Assembly (NCBI GenBank): GCA_035532495.1
Contig: DATKQX010000134.1
Coordinates: 67,051 to 131,050 of the forward strand
Direction: 5' to 3'
Source of the DNA: Candidatus Saccharimonadales bacterium
GTDB lineage: Bacteria > Chloroflexota > Dormibacteria > Aeolococcales > Aeolococcaceae
DNA: 64,000 nucleotides
The position numbers and the translations under genes were made by a program. Of the stretch, positions 1 through 9,343 are shown piece after piece. Positions within the stretch are counted from its first letter, which is position 1; the number at the start of each line of letters is the position of its first letter. Under the pieces are notes generated by a model, which was not told the DNA's origin, searched no databases, and saw nothing but the letters and a program-made list of their open reading frames with translations.

Positions 1-90
1 CTTGGCTCATCGGACGGGTTGCGGCTGTTCGGCAGCGTGGCGAAACGCCTCGCTGCCAACGGCGCGGTGCGGGCAGCCGGCGTGTCATGA
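1..90 (+). CDS. 3' end of an upstream gene, probably purQ (FGAM synthase glutaminase subunit); truncated by the window edge
   Basis: Frame 1 is open from base 1 to TGA 88-90 (...[27 protein letters not shown]). Its stop overlaps the purL ATG (ATGA at 87-90). The position directly upstream of purL fits purQ. Only 29 codons are visible. Confidence 0.4.
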   Translation, partial: LGSSDGLRLFGSVAKRLAANGAVRAAGVS

Positions 91-2342
91 CCGGCGTCCA
101 GCTCGCCGCGCCGAACGACGCCGAGCTGGCCGAGGTCGCGCTGACGCGGACCGAGTACCAGCACCTCGCCACCGAGCTCGGGCGCGAGCCCAACCGGCTT
201 GAGCTCGGCATCGTCGGTGCGCTCTGGAGCGAGCACTGCAGCTACAAGACGAGCAAGCCGCTGCTGCGCACCCTGCCGACGACGGGACCGCACGTGCTCC
301 AGGGACCGGGCGAGAATGCCGGCGCCGTCGACATCGGCAACGGGCTTGCGTGCGTCTTCAAGATCGAGTCGCACAACCATCCGAGCGCGATCGAGCCGTA
401 TCAGGGTGCGGCGACCGGGGTCGGCGGTATCCTGCGCGACATCTTCACCATGGGAGCGCGACCGATCGCGCTGCTTGACTCATTGCGATTCGGGCCTCTC
501 GACGAGCCGCATCAGCGGCATCTCTTCGAAGGCGTCGTCGCCGGAATCGGCGGCTACGGCAACTGTATCGGTGTGCCGACTGTGGGTGGCGAGCTGTACT
601 TCGACGAGTCGTACCGGACCAACTGCCTCGTCAACGCGATGTGCGTCGGCGTCGTCGAGCAAGGCCGCATGATGCGTGCCATCGCGAGTGGACCTGGCAA
701 CCTCGTGCTGCTTGTTGGCGCCGACACAGGACGCGACGGCATTCACGGTGCCAGCTTCGCGTCGGTCATGCTCGACGCGAGCAGTGCGGCGCGCCGGCCC
801 GCGGTGCAAGTGGGAAACCCGTTTCTCGAGAAGTGCCTCATGGAGGCGTGCCTCGAGCTCGCCGGGGATCCACGTGTCATCGCGATGCAGGATCTCGGCG
901 CCGCCGGACTCTGCGGCAGCACGGCCGAGCTTGCGCATCGCGGCGGCTGCGGCATCGAAGTCGACGTCGCACGCGCTTCACGACGTGAAACGGGCATGAC
1001 CCCGTACGAGGTGATGCTGAGCGAGTCGCAGGAGCGGATGCTCATCGTGGCGCGGCCGAGCGATGTCCGTCCCCTGCAGGACGTTTTCGAGCGCTGGGAC
1101 CTGCACTCCGATGTCATCGGAGTCATCCTCGCCGAACCGCGCTTCGTGGTTCGCGACGGCGTCGACAACGTGTGCGACCTGCCGCTCGATCTGCTCGTCG
1201 ACGGGGCGCCCCCGCGCGGAGCGCCCGGCCCGCGTCCGGACAAAGCGGAGTCGCACGACAGCGACGTCGACGAATCAGCGCCACTCGCGGGCCCGACGTG
1301 GACTCCCGATGAGGCACTGCTCGCGCTCATCGCAAGCCCCAATCTCGGCAGCCGTGCCCCCGTCTTCCGCCGCTACGACACACAACTCGGCGATTCCACC
1401 GTGATCCTGCCCGGCGGTGATGGATCGCTCGTGCGTGTCGAGGACTCGACCGTCGGGCTCGCACTTGCGACCGACGGGAACTCCCGATATGCGGCGCTCA
1501 ACGCCAGGCAGGGCGCGATGATCGCTGTCTGCGAGGCCGCACGCAACGTCGTCGCCACCGGCGCGAAACCCGCTGCCATCACCAACTGCCTGAACTTCGC
1601 CAATCCCGAGCAGGCGCACGTCTGGTGGGACCTCCACGATGCCATCGAGGGCATTGGCGAAGCCTGCCGCGCGCTCGAGATCCCGGTCGTGAGCGGCAAC
1701 GTGAGCCTGTACAACGACGCCGGCGGGACCGGCATCGACCCCACCGTCGTCATCGGGATGGTGGGGGTCATGAGCGATGTTGCAGGCCGTTGCACCGCCG
1801 CTTTCCAAGCCGAGGGCGACCTCATCGCGCTGGTCGGACCGATCGGTGAGGAGCTTGGTGGGAGCGAATACCAGCGCATGGCCCTGGGCGTCAACCGAGG
1901 AGATCCGCCGCAGCTCGACATCGATCTCGAACGCCGGGTGCACGAATTCGTTCTCGAAGGGATCGCGAACGGCCTCCTGCATTCGGCACACGATTGCGCC
2001 GAGGGCGGTATTGCGATCGCGCTTGCGGAGTCGTGTCTGCTGGGCGACATAGGCGCGTGGGTCGGGATCGATGAGCTTGGTGAGATTCGGGAGCTGGGTC
2101 AGCTCGGAGGGTTGATCGAGAAGGAGGCCGGTATACTGTTCGGTGAGAGTCAATCTCGGTTCCTCATCAGCTTCGCCAGGGAGGCACTGGTGCGATTGCA
2201 TGAGCTGGCTGGACGGCATTCGGTCCCACTGCGTGGGCTGGGCTCCGTCGGAGGCGAGCGTGTATGCGTGACGGGGTGCATCGACGTGCCCCTTCGCGAG
2301 GTGCGACGAGCGCACGAAGGAGCCTTGATCGAACGTGAGTGA
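87..2342 (+). CDS. purL: phosphoribosylformylglycinamidine synthase subunit PurL
   Basis: 751-aa ORF. N-terminal [19 protein letters not shown] and [24 protein letters not shown] motifs are typical of FGAM synthase II. It sits in a pur gene context. Confidence 0.95.
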   Translation: MTGVQLAAPNDAELAEVALTRTEYQHLATELGREPNRLELGIVGALWSEHCSYKTSKPLLRTLPTTGPHVLQGPGENAGAVDIGNGLACVFKIESHNHPSAIEPYQGAATGVGGILRDIFTMGARPIALLDSLRFGPLDEPHQRHLFEGVVAGIGGYGNCIGVPTVGGELYFDESYRTNCLVNAMCVGVVEQGRMMRAIASGPGNLVLLVGADTGRDGIHGASFASVMLDASSAARRPAVQVGNPFLEKCLMEACLELAGDPRVIAMQDLGAAGLCGSTAELAHRGGCGIEVDVARASRRETGMTPYEVMLSESQERMLIVARPSDVRPLQDVFERWDLHSDVIGVILAEPRFVVRDGVDNVCDLPLDLLVDGAPPRGAPGPRPDKAESHDSDVDESAPLAGPTWTPDEALLALIASPNLGSRAPVFRRYDTQLGDSTVILPGGDGSLVRVEDSTVGLALATDGNSRYAALNARQGAMIAVCEAARNVVATGAKPAAITNCLNFANPEQAHVWWDLHDAIEGIGEACRALEIPVVSGNVSLYNDAGGTGIDPTVVIGMVGVMSDVAGRCTAAFQAEGDLIALVGPIGEELGGSEYQRMALGVNRGDPPQLDIDLERRVHEFVLEGIANGLLHSAHDCAEGGIAIALAESCLLGDIGAWVGIDELGEIRELGQLGGLIEKEAGILFGESQSRFLISFAREALVRLHELAGRHSVPLRGLGSVGGERVCVTGCIDVPLREVRRAHEGALIERE

Positions 2343-2352
2343 GCAGGCCGGA

Positions 2353-3813
2353 ATGGACGCTCTCGGCGACGACCACTTCCACGAGGAATGCGGCGTTTTC
2401 GGGGTGTTCCATCCCGGAGAGGACGTCGCCAACCTGACGTATTTCGGCCTGTACTCGCTGCAGCATCGTGGACAGGAGTCCGCGGGCATCGCGGTCAGCG
2501 ACGGCACCACGATTCGTGTGAGCAAGGAGATGGGCCTCGTGTCACAGGTCTTCGACCAGGAGACCATCGACGATCTCAAGGGCTACATCGCCATCGGGCA
2601 CACGCGTTACAGCACCACCGGCAGTGCGAAGTTGAGCAACGCGCAGCCGATGCGCATGGAACATCCCGAGATCGGGCCCGTGATGATCGGGCACAACGGG
2701 AACCTCGTCAACGCGACCAGGCTTCGCGACGAGCTGTCCGCGAAGGGCGTGGCGTTCGACACGACGAGCGACACCGAGGTGATCGGAGCGCTGCTTGCGC
2801 AGACGCACGCCGACTCGCTCGAGCACGCGCTCGCGGAGTCGCTGCCGCGCATCGAGGGCGCGTACTGTCTCGTGTTCCTCACCAAGGACTCACTCGTTGC
2901 CGCGCGCGATCCTCTCGGCATCCGCCCGCTGTGTCTCGGCCGTTTCGGCGACGTGGATGCACCCGGTGGGACCGGCTACGTCATCGCGAGCGAGACATGC
3001 GCGCTCGACGTCATCGGCGCGACCTTCCTCTGCGAGATCGAGCCCGGGGAGATCGTGACCGTCGACTCGACGGGCATGCGCAGCACCAAGATCCAGCGCG
3101 CCACCGCGCACCGTGCCATGTGCTCGTTCGAGTTCATCTACTTCGCCCGGCCGGACAGCGTGATGATGGGCAAGTCGCTGTACGAGGCCCGCCGCCAGAT
3201 GGGTCGCGAGCTCGCACGCGAGGCGCCGGCCGACGGGGACATCGTCATCACGCTCCCCGACAGCGGCACGCCCGCGGCAATCGGCTATGCCGAGGAGTCA
3301 GGACTGCCGTTTGCGGAGGGCATGATCAAGTCGCGCTACATCACGCGCACATTCATCCAGCCGACGCAGCGTCTCCGTGAGGCGGGCATCCGGCTGAAGT
3401 TCAACCCGATGCGCCATGTGCTCGAAGGACGCCGCGTCGTGCTCGTCGACGACTCGATCGTGCGCGGCACCACGTCACGAAGGATCATCGACGAGCTGCG
3501 CCGCGCGGGTGCAACCGAGGTGCACATGCGCATCGCCTCGCCTCCGATCGCGTGGCCGTGCTTCATGGGCATCGACATCGCGTCACGTCGCGAGCTCATC
3601 GCCGCGGGACATACCGAGCGCGAGATCGGCGAGATGCTCGGTGCGGATTCGCTGCGCTATCTGAGCCTCGCCGGCCTGCGCCGCGCGATGGGGAAGCCCG
3701 ACGGCAACGGTTTCTGCTTCGCCTGCTTCACCGGTTCGTACCCGGTCGACGTGCCAGCGCAGCTCGAGATGGACAAGCTGGCGCTCGAGATTCCGGTCGC
3801 CGCAGTCTCCTAA
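2353..3813 (+). CDS. purF: amidophosphoribosyltransferase PurF (Fe-S type)
   Basis: ATG 2353 gives an 11-residue propeptide before the Ntn cysteine (MDALGDDHFHE/CGVFGV). The longest ORF starts at GTG 2335, overlapping the purL stop. PRTase motif VVLVDDSIVRGTT and C-terminal Cys ligands (WPCFMGID, CFACFTG) are present. Confidence 0.93.
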   Translation: MDALGDDHFHEECGVFGVFHPGEDVANLTYFGLYSLQHRGQESAGIAVSDGTTIRVSKEMGLVSQVFDQETIDDLKGYIAIGHTRYSTTGSAKLSNAQPMRMEHPEIGPVMIGHNGNLVNATRLRDELSAKGVAFDTTSDTEVIGALLAQTHADSLEHALAESLPRIEGAYCLVFLTKDSLVAARDPLGIRPLCLGRFGDVDAPGGTGYVIASETCALDVIGATFLCEIEPGEIVTVDSTGMRSTKIQRATAHRAMCSFEFIYFARPDSVMMGKSLYEARRQMGRELAREAPADGDIVITLPDSGTPAAIGYAEESGLPFAEGMIKSRYITRTFIQPTQRLREAGIRLKFNPMRHVLEGRRVVLVDDSIVRGTTSRRIIDELRRAGATEVHMRIASPPIAWPCFMGIDIASRRELIAAGHTEREIGEMLGADSLRYLSLAGLRRAMGKPDGNGFCFACFTGSYPVDVPAQLEMDKLALEIPVAAVS

Positions 3814-3825
3814 GCGCTGACGTCC

Positions 3826-4809
3826 GTGTCGCCGCTCGCAGAGACCCAGAAGGTCGAGCATCTCGCCCAGATTCGCGGTGCGGCGGTGCGGATCAACGGT
3901 CATGTTCGCCGCACGCCATTGCTGCGCACCGACATCGCGACGGGATTGATGGTGAAGCCCGAGTCGCTCCAGCGCACCGGATCGTTCAAGGCTCGCGGCG
4001 CGTTCAACGCCGTCCTCAGCCTGCTCGAGCGTGATCCGGGTGTTGCCGGCGTGGTCACGCACAGCTCCGGGAACCACGGACAGGCGCTCGCATGCGCGGC
4101 GAAATCCGCGGGGCTGCCGGCGACGATCGTCGTCCCCGAGGGCGTCACACCGGCGAAGGTCGCGGGCATCCGCTCGTTCGGCGCGACAGTCGTGTCGGAT
4201 GGAGTCAACTTCGACAACCGGGAAACGATCGCCGAGGAGATCGCGAGGACGCAGCGCCTCTGGCTCGTTCATCCCTATGACGACTGGGACGTCGTGCACG
4301 GCGCGGGCACCGTCGGCCTGGAGATTATCGAAGACGCCCCGACACCGGGAGCGATCGTCGTGCCGGTCGGTGGCGGTGGTCAGATCTCCGGAATAGCCCT
4401 TGCGGTATCGGTGCTTTCGCCCGGCACGGCGGTTATCGGTGTCGAGCCGCAGGGTGCGGCCGATGCCGCCGACAGCCTGCATTCCGGGGCGCTGCAATCG
4501 CTCGATGCCGATCCGATCACGCTCGCCGAGGGCGTGAAGTCGAAGTCGATTGGTGACCGCAATTTCGACGTCATCGTCGCGGGCGGACTGGTGCGCGACA
4601 TCGTCACGGTGTCCGAGAGCGAGCTCACAGACGCGGTGCGAGTGGCCTGGATGCGTCTGAAGCTCGCGATAGAGCCGACGGCGGCACTGGCGCTGGCCGC
4701 GTATCTCACGGGAAAGGTTCCGGCCGGTACTGCCGAGCACCCGACGGTGCTCGTGCTCAGCGGCGGCAACTTCGACCCGGCAGCTGTGGCGGCACTGCTC
4801 ACCGGTTAG
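3826..4809 (+). CDS. PLP-dependent serine/threonine dehydratase family protein (serine racemase / hydroxyaspartate ammonia-lyase-like)
   Basis: 327-aa ORF with the PLP-lysine motif SFKARGAFN, plus SSGNHGQALA and a GGGGQISG glycine loop. Confidence 0.85.
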   Translation: MSPLAETQKVEHLAQIRGAAVRINGHVRRTPLLRTDIATGLMVKPESLQRTGSFKARGAFNAVLSLLERDPGVAGVVTHSSGNHGQALACAAKSAGLPATIVVPEGVTPAKVAGIRSFGATVVSDGVNFDNRETIAEEIARTQRLWLVHPYDDWDVVHGAGTVGLEIIEDAPTPGAIVVPVGGGGQISGIALAVSVLSPGTAVIGVEPQGAADAADSLHSGALQSLDADPITLAEGVKSKSIGDRNFDVIVAGGLVRDIVTVSESELTDAVRVAWMRLKLAIEPTAALALAAYLTGKVPAGTAEHPTVLVLSGGNFDPAAVAALLTG

Positions 4810-4824
4810 CACGAGCGCAGAGTC

Positions 4825-5261
4825 GTGCCGGCCAAACTCGATGACACGCCGCGCAAGCGCATGGCGTCGGAGTGCAAACGACGCGGGACTTCCGCGCTCG
4901 TCGGTGGTTGCGTTGCTCTGCTCTCGGGACACCCGGTCGATGACGAGCTGATCCGGGGGCTGGGCGGACAACCTGGTGCCGGTGTGCTCGATGGGTACAG
5001 CGGCGGGAGATCGGGATACTGGCCGCGCGTCTGGGCAGCCCGGCCCTGTTGTATCCGTGGGACGACAGCGCCATGAGTGCGGTGATCGCAGCGACCGGCG
5101 ACGACGCCTGGCGAGTGCGTGAGTTGGCGGCAAAGGTGATCGCACATCACCACCTTGGCGACGCATTGCAAGCCGTCGCAAAATTGCGGACCGATCCCGT
5201 CGCACGAGTCCGCGATGCAGCAGAACGAGCGGTGAAGGTCGTGGCCGAAGCCCGCGCGTAG
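4825..5261 (+). pseudogene. HEAT-repeat protein gene interrupted by an apparent 1-nt deletion near 5041-5045
   Basis: The frame-1 ORF 4825-5076 ends ...GYWPRVWAARPCC... The frame-3 ORF continues the sense as (A)LLYPWDDSAMSAVIAATGDDAWRVRELAAKVIAHHHLGDAL...VRDAAERAV, which are HEAT-like helices. Restoring one G in cgg(g)cc joins them into about 145 codons. Confidence 0.55.
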
Positions 5262-5294
5262 CCTCCGCCAACGCGTCTCCCGGCAACCTGCCGG

Positions 5295-5666
5295 CTACTC
5301 GGAGCTCGGTGACACCGATCGTAGGAAGCCCATGTTCGACGGCAGCTCGAGCTGGTCCATCACCGCATCAGGCAGTGACACGCCGTGGCGGCTTGCCGAG
5401 CTCAAGAGGTGGCCGGCCGCGTGCCGACGTCGGTAGCCGGGCTCGAGCGCGACGCCGTTGAAGTGCTCCTTCGGATCGACGGACTCACCTGCTGCACGAC
5501 GACGTTTCAGGTCCTCGCTCAGCTTGGAGATGAGCTTCATGTACTCCCTATGGTTGTCGAACGCCGCCACGACCTGGTGGCGGCGTTCATGGCGTTCGGG
5601 GTCATACGCATACCGGCGCACGACGAATCGCTCGATGCTGTCGTCGTCGGGATCGACCCTTGCCAT
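5295..5666 (-). CDS. hypothetical protein (123 aa), last gene of the ABC exporter operon
   Basis: This is the internal ATG of the 455-aa ORF 5295-6662. Only the part downstream of the permease stop reads as a plausible protein (MARVDPDDDSIERFVVRRYAYDPERHERRHQVVAAFDNHREYMKL...). No family recognised and the SD is weak. Confidence 0.5.
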   Translation of the reverse strand: MARVDPDDDSIERFVVRRYAYDPERHERRHQVVAAFDNHREYMKLISKLSEDLKRRRAAGESVDPKEHFNGVALEPGYRRRHAAGHLLSSASRHGVSLPDAVMDQLELPSNMGFLRSVSPSSE

Positions 5667-5695
5667 ACCCGGAAGTGTGCATTGCCGGGCGGCGT

Positions 5696-6505
5696 TCAGC
5701 CACGCCGATACTTGGCCACCGCCAGCGGTGCGAACACGGCCACGATCGCCACCGACCAGATCAGTGAGCGGATCACGAAGTACGACGTCGGGTGACCGAG
5801 CAGCGCTTCGGCCGGGTGACCCTCGGCGAGGCAACGCACCGCGTTCACCATCACAGTGAGCGGCTGATTCTCGGCGAAGGCCTGCATCCACGAGGGCATC
5901 GTCGCCACAGGGATGTAGGCCGATGAGACAAAGCTGAACGGGAAGACGATCAGCGCGAACCCCTGCGCCGCCTGCGCCGAGCCGGCGACCATCCCGATGA
6001 GCACGAACACCCACTCGAAGACGAAGCCGAAGAGGATCACCAGCGCTGCGGCCGCGAGCGCAGCACCCACGCTGCCGTGGATACGGAAGCCGACCAGGAA
6101 GCCGATGGCGACCGTGACGATGAGCCCCCAGAACTGGAGCGCCGTGTCGGCAACCGCGCGGCCGATCAGCACGGCGCTGCGCGGTATCGGCAGCGAGCGC
6201 AGTCGCGCGATGAGACCCGCGCTCATGTCCTCGGCCATTCCTGCCGATGCGTACATCGCGTTGAAGAGCACGCCGGTCGTGATGAAACCGGGGACGACGA
6301 AGTCGACGTAGTTGATGCCGGCCAGAGGGATCGCGCCGCCGAACACGTAGCGGAAGATGAGCAGGAACATGGCGCCCTGCAGGGTGCCGACCACCACGAG
6401 CTGCGGCGACCGGACGAACTTGAGCAGGACCCGGCGCGCGATCTGCCCAGTCGAGACGAAGATGCCGGCGGCGTTGCCGCGCGGGGGTGCGATGGCGATG
6501 CTCAT
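5696..6505 (-). CDS. ABC-2 type transporter permease (DrrB-like)
   Basis: 269-aa ORF with about 6 hydrophobic segments. It has a 4-nt overlap with the upstream ATPase gene (6502-6505). Confidence 0.85.
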   Translation of the reverse strand: MSIAIAPPRGNAAGIFVSTGQIARRVLLKFVRSPQLVVVGTLQGAMFLLIFRYVFGGAIPLAGINYVDFVVPGFITTGVLFNAMYASAGMAEDMSAGLIARLRSLPIPRSAVLIGRAVADTALQFWGLIVTVAIGFLVGFRIHGSVGAALAAAALVILFGFVFEWVFVLIGMVAGSAQAAQGFALIVFPFSFVSSAYIPVATMPSWMQAFAENQPLTVMVNAVRCLAEGHPAEALLGHPTSYFVIRSLIWSVAIVAVFAPLAVAKYRRG

Positions 6506-7464
6506 GCCACTGCCTCCTTGGGTGTGCCCGTGAGGGCGAGAAATGCTTCATCGAGAGTCGGCTGACGAACGGACACCTCATCGATCGCGATGCCGGTGTC
6601 GTCAAGCGGCCGGAGTGCGGCGAAGACGCGCTCCGTATCGGCACTGAGCGCGACCCGGACACTCCGTGTGGGCGCGTCGATGGTGGCCGGTCCGTCGCCG
6701 ATGGACATCAGCGTCGCGGCGACGCGATCCAACGCCGAGCTGTCGCGTACACGGATCTCGACGACGTTGCGCCCGGCGAGGCGCTTCAGCTCGCGAGGCG
6801 TCCCCGACGCAACCACGTGACCGTGGTCAATGATGGCGATCTGTGACGCCAGATGATCGGCCTCGTCGAGGTACTGGGTGGTGAGCAGGACGTCCGTGCC
6901 GTTGACGACCAGCGAGCGGATGACATCCCACAGCTCGAGGCGGCTACGCGGGTCGAGACCCGTGGTCGGCTCGTCGAGCAGCAGCAACCGGGGTCGCGCA
7001 ACGAGACTGGCGCCGAGGTCGAGGCGGCGACGCATACCGCCGGAGTACGTGCGCACCGTCCGGTCGGCGGCCTCGGTGAGACCCATCTGCTCGATGACGG
7101 CGGCGGTGTTGCGGCGGGCGTCCGAAGCGGATGCGCCGGAGAGGCGCGCGACCATGACGATGTTCTCCCGGCCGGTCATTGTCGGCTCCACCGCCGCGGA
7201 CTGCCCGGCAAGCGCCATCAGCCGGCGGACCGCCGCGGGGTTGCGGGCGACATCGATCCCGTGGACACGCAGGGCACCGCCGTCAGGACGGATCAGGGTC
7301 GCCACGAGGTTCACGAAGGTCGTCTTGCCGGCCCCGTTGGGACCGAGCAGCGCCATGACCTGGCCGGGCTCCATGGTGAGGTTGAGACCGTCCAGCGCCC
7401 GGGTCTTGCCGAAGGACTTGTTGAGGCCGGCGGCCTCCAGTGTCGCGTTCATCTCTAACACCAT
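6502..7464 (-). CDS. ABC transporter ATP-binding protein (DrrA/daunorubicin-resistance family)
   Basis: Walker A GPNGAGKTT, signature YSGGMRRRL, Walker B LLLLDEPTTGLD. Confidence 0.9.
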   Translation of the reverse strand: MVLEMNATLEAAGLNKSFGKTRALDGLNLTMEPGQVMALLGPNGAGKTTFVNLVATLIRPDGGALRVHGIDVARNPAAVRRLMALAGQSAAVEPTMTGRENIVMVARLSGASASDARRNTAAVIEQMGLTEAADRTVRTYSGGMRRRLDLGASLVARPRLLLLDEPTTGLDPRSRLELWDVIRSLVVNGTDVLLTTQYLDEADHLASQIAIIDHGHVVASGTPRELKRLAGRNVVEIRVRDSSALDRVAATLMSIGDGPATIDAPTRSVRVALSADTERVFAALRPLDDTGIAIDEVSVRQPTLDEAFLALTGTPKEAVA

Positions 7465-7519
7465 CCGCGTGAGTTTGTGTCTAACGGTGACTTGTGCGAT
7501 ACTAGCCTAACGCTGTTAG
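7455..7519. promoter_or_regulatory. candidate TetR operator region: CTAAC repeated three times at exact 26-bp spacing, the last forming the palindrome CTAAC-GCT-GTTAG
   Basis: CTAAC occurs at 7455-7459, 7481-7485 and 7507-7511, with inverted GTTAG at 7515-7519. The region is the AT-richer divergent intergenic space between the ABC ATPase (start 7464) and the TetR gene (start 7578). Confidence 0.3.
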
Positions 7520-7577
7520 TTACGTCAACCCACTACGGTCGTCGCGGTCGTCGACGCCGGAATCGGAGGAACCACCT

Positions 7578-8744
7578 GTGAGCCGTCAGGAGACGGAGAC
7601 CGGGCTCAACCGCGAGGCGGTCATTCAGGCCGCACTGGGGATGCTCGACGCGGTCGGCGTCGAAGGACTCTCCATGCGTGCGCTCGCCGACCGTCTCGGC
7701 GTGAAAGCCGCTTCCCTGTACTGGCACATCCGCGACAAGGAGCAGCTCCTGGAACTCGTGGCCGAGGCCGTCCTGGAGCGGGTGGCCGTGCCGGCATCAT
7801 CATTGGGCTGGCGCCCGCAGGTGACCGCCGCCTGCGACGATCTCGCGCAGTTCCTCAAGGTGCACCAGGGCGCGGCGACCGTTGTGCTCGGGTCACTTCC
7901 GGTGGTGCAACGCAGCCGCCTCACCCGCGACCTTGCCCAGGTGCTCGGAACAGCGGGGCTCGCGGAAGCCGAGGCTGCCGCCACCACACTGGTCGTCGAG
8001 GCAGCGGTGTCCGCCTTCACCGAACCGCCGGCGGGCGCGCGCGGACGCGGGGGTCAGCTGATGACGCTGGCGATCGATTCGGGCTCCTGGCGGGTCCTGG
8101 TTCGTGCGGCCGCGTCCGACACGGTTGACGTCGCGACCTCGACCGGCGGTGGCGGGGCCGCCTCGGTCGAAATGCGCCCCGGGAGCCTCGTGCTCGTGAA
8201 GAACCGGCGCGGCGGCGATCACGGGGCGGTCGAGCTGAGTCCCAACTACACGTGGCATTTCAAGATCCACGGCGGAACCTGGAACACGGTGCTCGATCTC
8301 TCGGGCCTGCGCGTCAGTGGGATCGAGCTCGACAGCGGAGCCGGGAACGTGACGTGCACCCTGCCGGCGCCGGTCGGCGTGGTTCCCATTCGAGTCAACA
8401 GCGGCATCGTGGGGGTCACGCTCCACCGGCCTCGGAACACTGCTGTGCACGCGGCCATTTCGCAGGGATCGGTCAAGGTCCGGCTCGATGACACGCCGAT
8501 GCGCCTGAAATCGGACGTGCAATGGGACACGCCGGGCGCGATGCAGGCGACGGATCGCTATGACCTCGCCGTGTACAGCGGCTGCGTGCGAGTGACCCTC
8601 GACGCGGCTGCCCCGGCGGCTGTGGGTGCCGCGCCGTCAGCAGTGTCGGGAACGGCCGGCGCTTCCACCTGGCGCGCCGATCAGGGCATCAGCCTCGTGC
8701 TCGACGGCATCGAGAAGCGACTCGGCGATCGCGGCGCCGGCTGA
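7578..8744 (+). CDS. TetR family regulator fused to a C-terminal beta-rich domain of about 190 aa (LiaF/DUF2154/DUF4097 'toastrack'-like)
   Basis: N-terminal HTH LSMRALADRLGVKAASLYWHIRDKEQLL (TetR class). Residues from about 190 to 388 show repetitive beta-strand patterns (LDLSGLRVSGIELDSGAGNVTCTLP...VNSGIVGVTLHRP...GSVKVRLD...GCVRVTLD). Confidence 0.85.
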   Translation: MSRQETETGLNREAVIQAALGMLDAVGVEGLSMRALADRLGVKAASLYWHIRDKEQLLELVAEAVLERVAVPASSLGWRPQVTAACDDLAQFLKVHQGAATVVLGSLPVVQRSRLTRDLAQVLGTAGLAEAEAAATTLVVEAAVSAFTEPPAGARGRGGQLMTLAIDSGSWRVLVRAAASDTVDVATSTGGGGAASVEMRPGSLVLVKNRRGGDHGAVELSPNYTWHFKIHGGTWNTVLDLSGLRVSGIELDSGAGNVTCTLPAPVGVVPIRVNSGIVGVTLHRPRNTAVHAAISQGSVKVRLDDTPMRLKSDVQWDTPGAMQATDRYDLAVYSGCVRVTLDAAAPAAVGAAPSAVSGTAGASTWRADQGISLVLDGIEKRLGDRGAG

Positions 8745-8761
8745 TCGGCTCATCCGCGTCC

Positions 8762-8788
8762 TGTCGATTTCCGGACATCAGCTCCGTC
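8762..8788 (+). promoter_or_regulatory. ECF42-type promoter candidate TGTCGA-N17-CGTC
   Basis: TGTCGA at 8762-8767, a 17-nt spacer, and CGTC at 8785-8788, about 70 nt upstream of the first DGPF gene. This matches my recollection of the ECF42 target motif (TGTCGA at -35, CGTC-like at -10). Confidence 0.5.
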
Positions 8789-8799
8789 TACGAGGTGAC

Positions 8800-8845
8800 G
8801 GACCGGATCACCGGCCCAACAGACACGCGGCAAGATCTCTTGCCG
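8800..8845 (+). promoter_or_regulatory. 5' leader twin stem-loops (copy A)
   Basis: GGaCCGG-atca-CCGGcCC (8800-8817) and CGGCAAG-atct-CTTGCCG (8828-8845), directly followed by SD AGGAGGA (8846-8852). Confidence 0.4.
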
Positions 8846-8858
8846 AGGAGGAACCGCC

Positions 8859-9215
8859 ATGACCCAGTACATGCTCAGTGTCTTTCACGCTGACGCCGGT
8901 CCCGACCTGACGCCCGAAGCAATGGCGGCCAGCATGCGTGACGTCGACGCGCTCAACGCGGAGATGGTGGGCGCAGGCGTCTGGGTTTTCGCCGGCGGTC
9001 TGCACAACGACAGCACGGCATCGGTGCTCCGGGTGACGGACGGCACTGTTGTCACGACCGACGGACCCTATGCGGAGACCAAGGAGCGCATCGGTGGCTT
9101 CTGGATCATCAAGGCGGACGACCTCGATGCCGCGCTCACCTGGGCGCGCAAAGCCACGGTCGCGTGCGCCGCACCGATCGAGGTCAGGCCGTTCATGGAA
9201 GAGCCGGGTGCCTGA
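8859..9215 (+). CDS. YCII-related / DGPF domain protein (copy 1)
   Basis: 118 aa with motifs TTDGPYAETKE and GGFWIIKADDLDAAL. Strong SD. Confidence 0.9.
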   Translation: MTQYMLSVFHADAGPDLTPEAMAASMRDVDALNAEMVGAGVWVFAGGLHNDSTASVLRVTDGTVVTTDGPYAETKERIGGFWIIKADDLDAALTWARKATVACAAPIEVRPFMEEPGA

Positions 9216-9256
9216 TCCCTGGCAGACCGACGAAATGCACCGCCGGCCTTCCAGAC

Positions 9257-9283
9257 TGTCGATTGACCGCTCGGTGCTCCGTA
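9257..9283 (+). promoter_or_regulatory. ECF42-type promoter candidate TGTCGA-N17-CGTA
   Basis: TGTCGA at 9257-9262, a 17-nt spacer, and CGTA at 9280-9283. The geometry is the same as copy A. Confidence 0.45.
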
Positions 9284-9295
9284 TAGGAGGTGACA

Positions 9296-9343
9296 GGCCG
9301 GATCGAGACCGGCCAAAACCAACAGACGGCAACATGGTTGCCG
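9296..9343 (+). promoter_or_regulatory. 5' leader twin stem-loops (copy B)
   Basis: GGCCGG-atcgaga-CCGGCC (9296-9314) and CGGCAAC-atg-GTTGCCG (9327-9343), followed by AGGAGGA (9344-9350). Relative to copy A, the loop-closing pair is changed G:C to C:G. Confidence 0.4.

Noticed and set aside
3583-5286. A 567-aa minus-strand ORF, and similar long ORFs antisense to or out of frame with real genes (e.g. 1275-2579, 9068-10615, 16333-17295, 16755-18632, 40175-41392, 49184-50368, 51202-52389, 57320-58663, 57205-59127).
   Set aside because: Their translations are Arg/Pro/Gly/His-rich low complexity with no family motifs. They overlap genes that have unambiguous motifs. Long spurious ORFs are expected in stop-codon-poor GC-rich DNA.
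8796-8858. Resemblance of the DGPF leaders (ACAGAC..GG, CCGG hairpins) to guanidine-III or mini-ykkC riboswitches.
   Set aside because: The topology is two consecutive hairpins, not the guanidine-III pseudoknot. The loops are not ACGR. The downstream genes are not guanidine-related. The element is reported as an unclassified leader structure instead.
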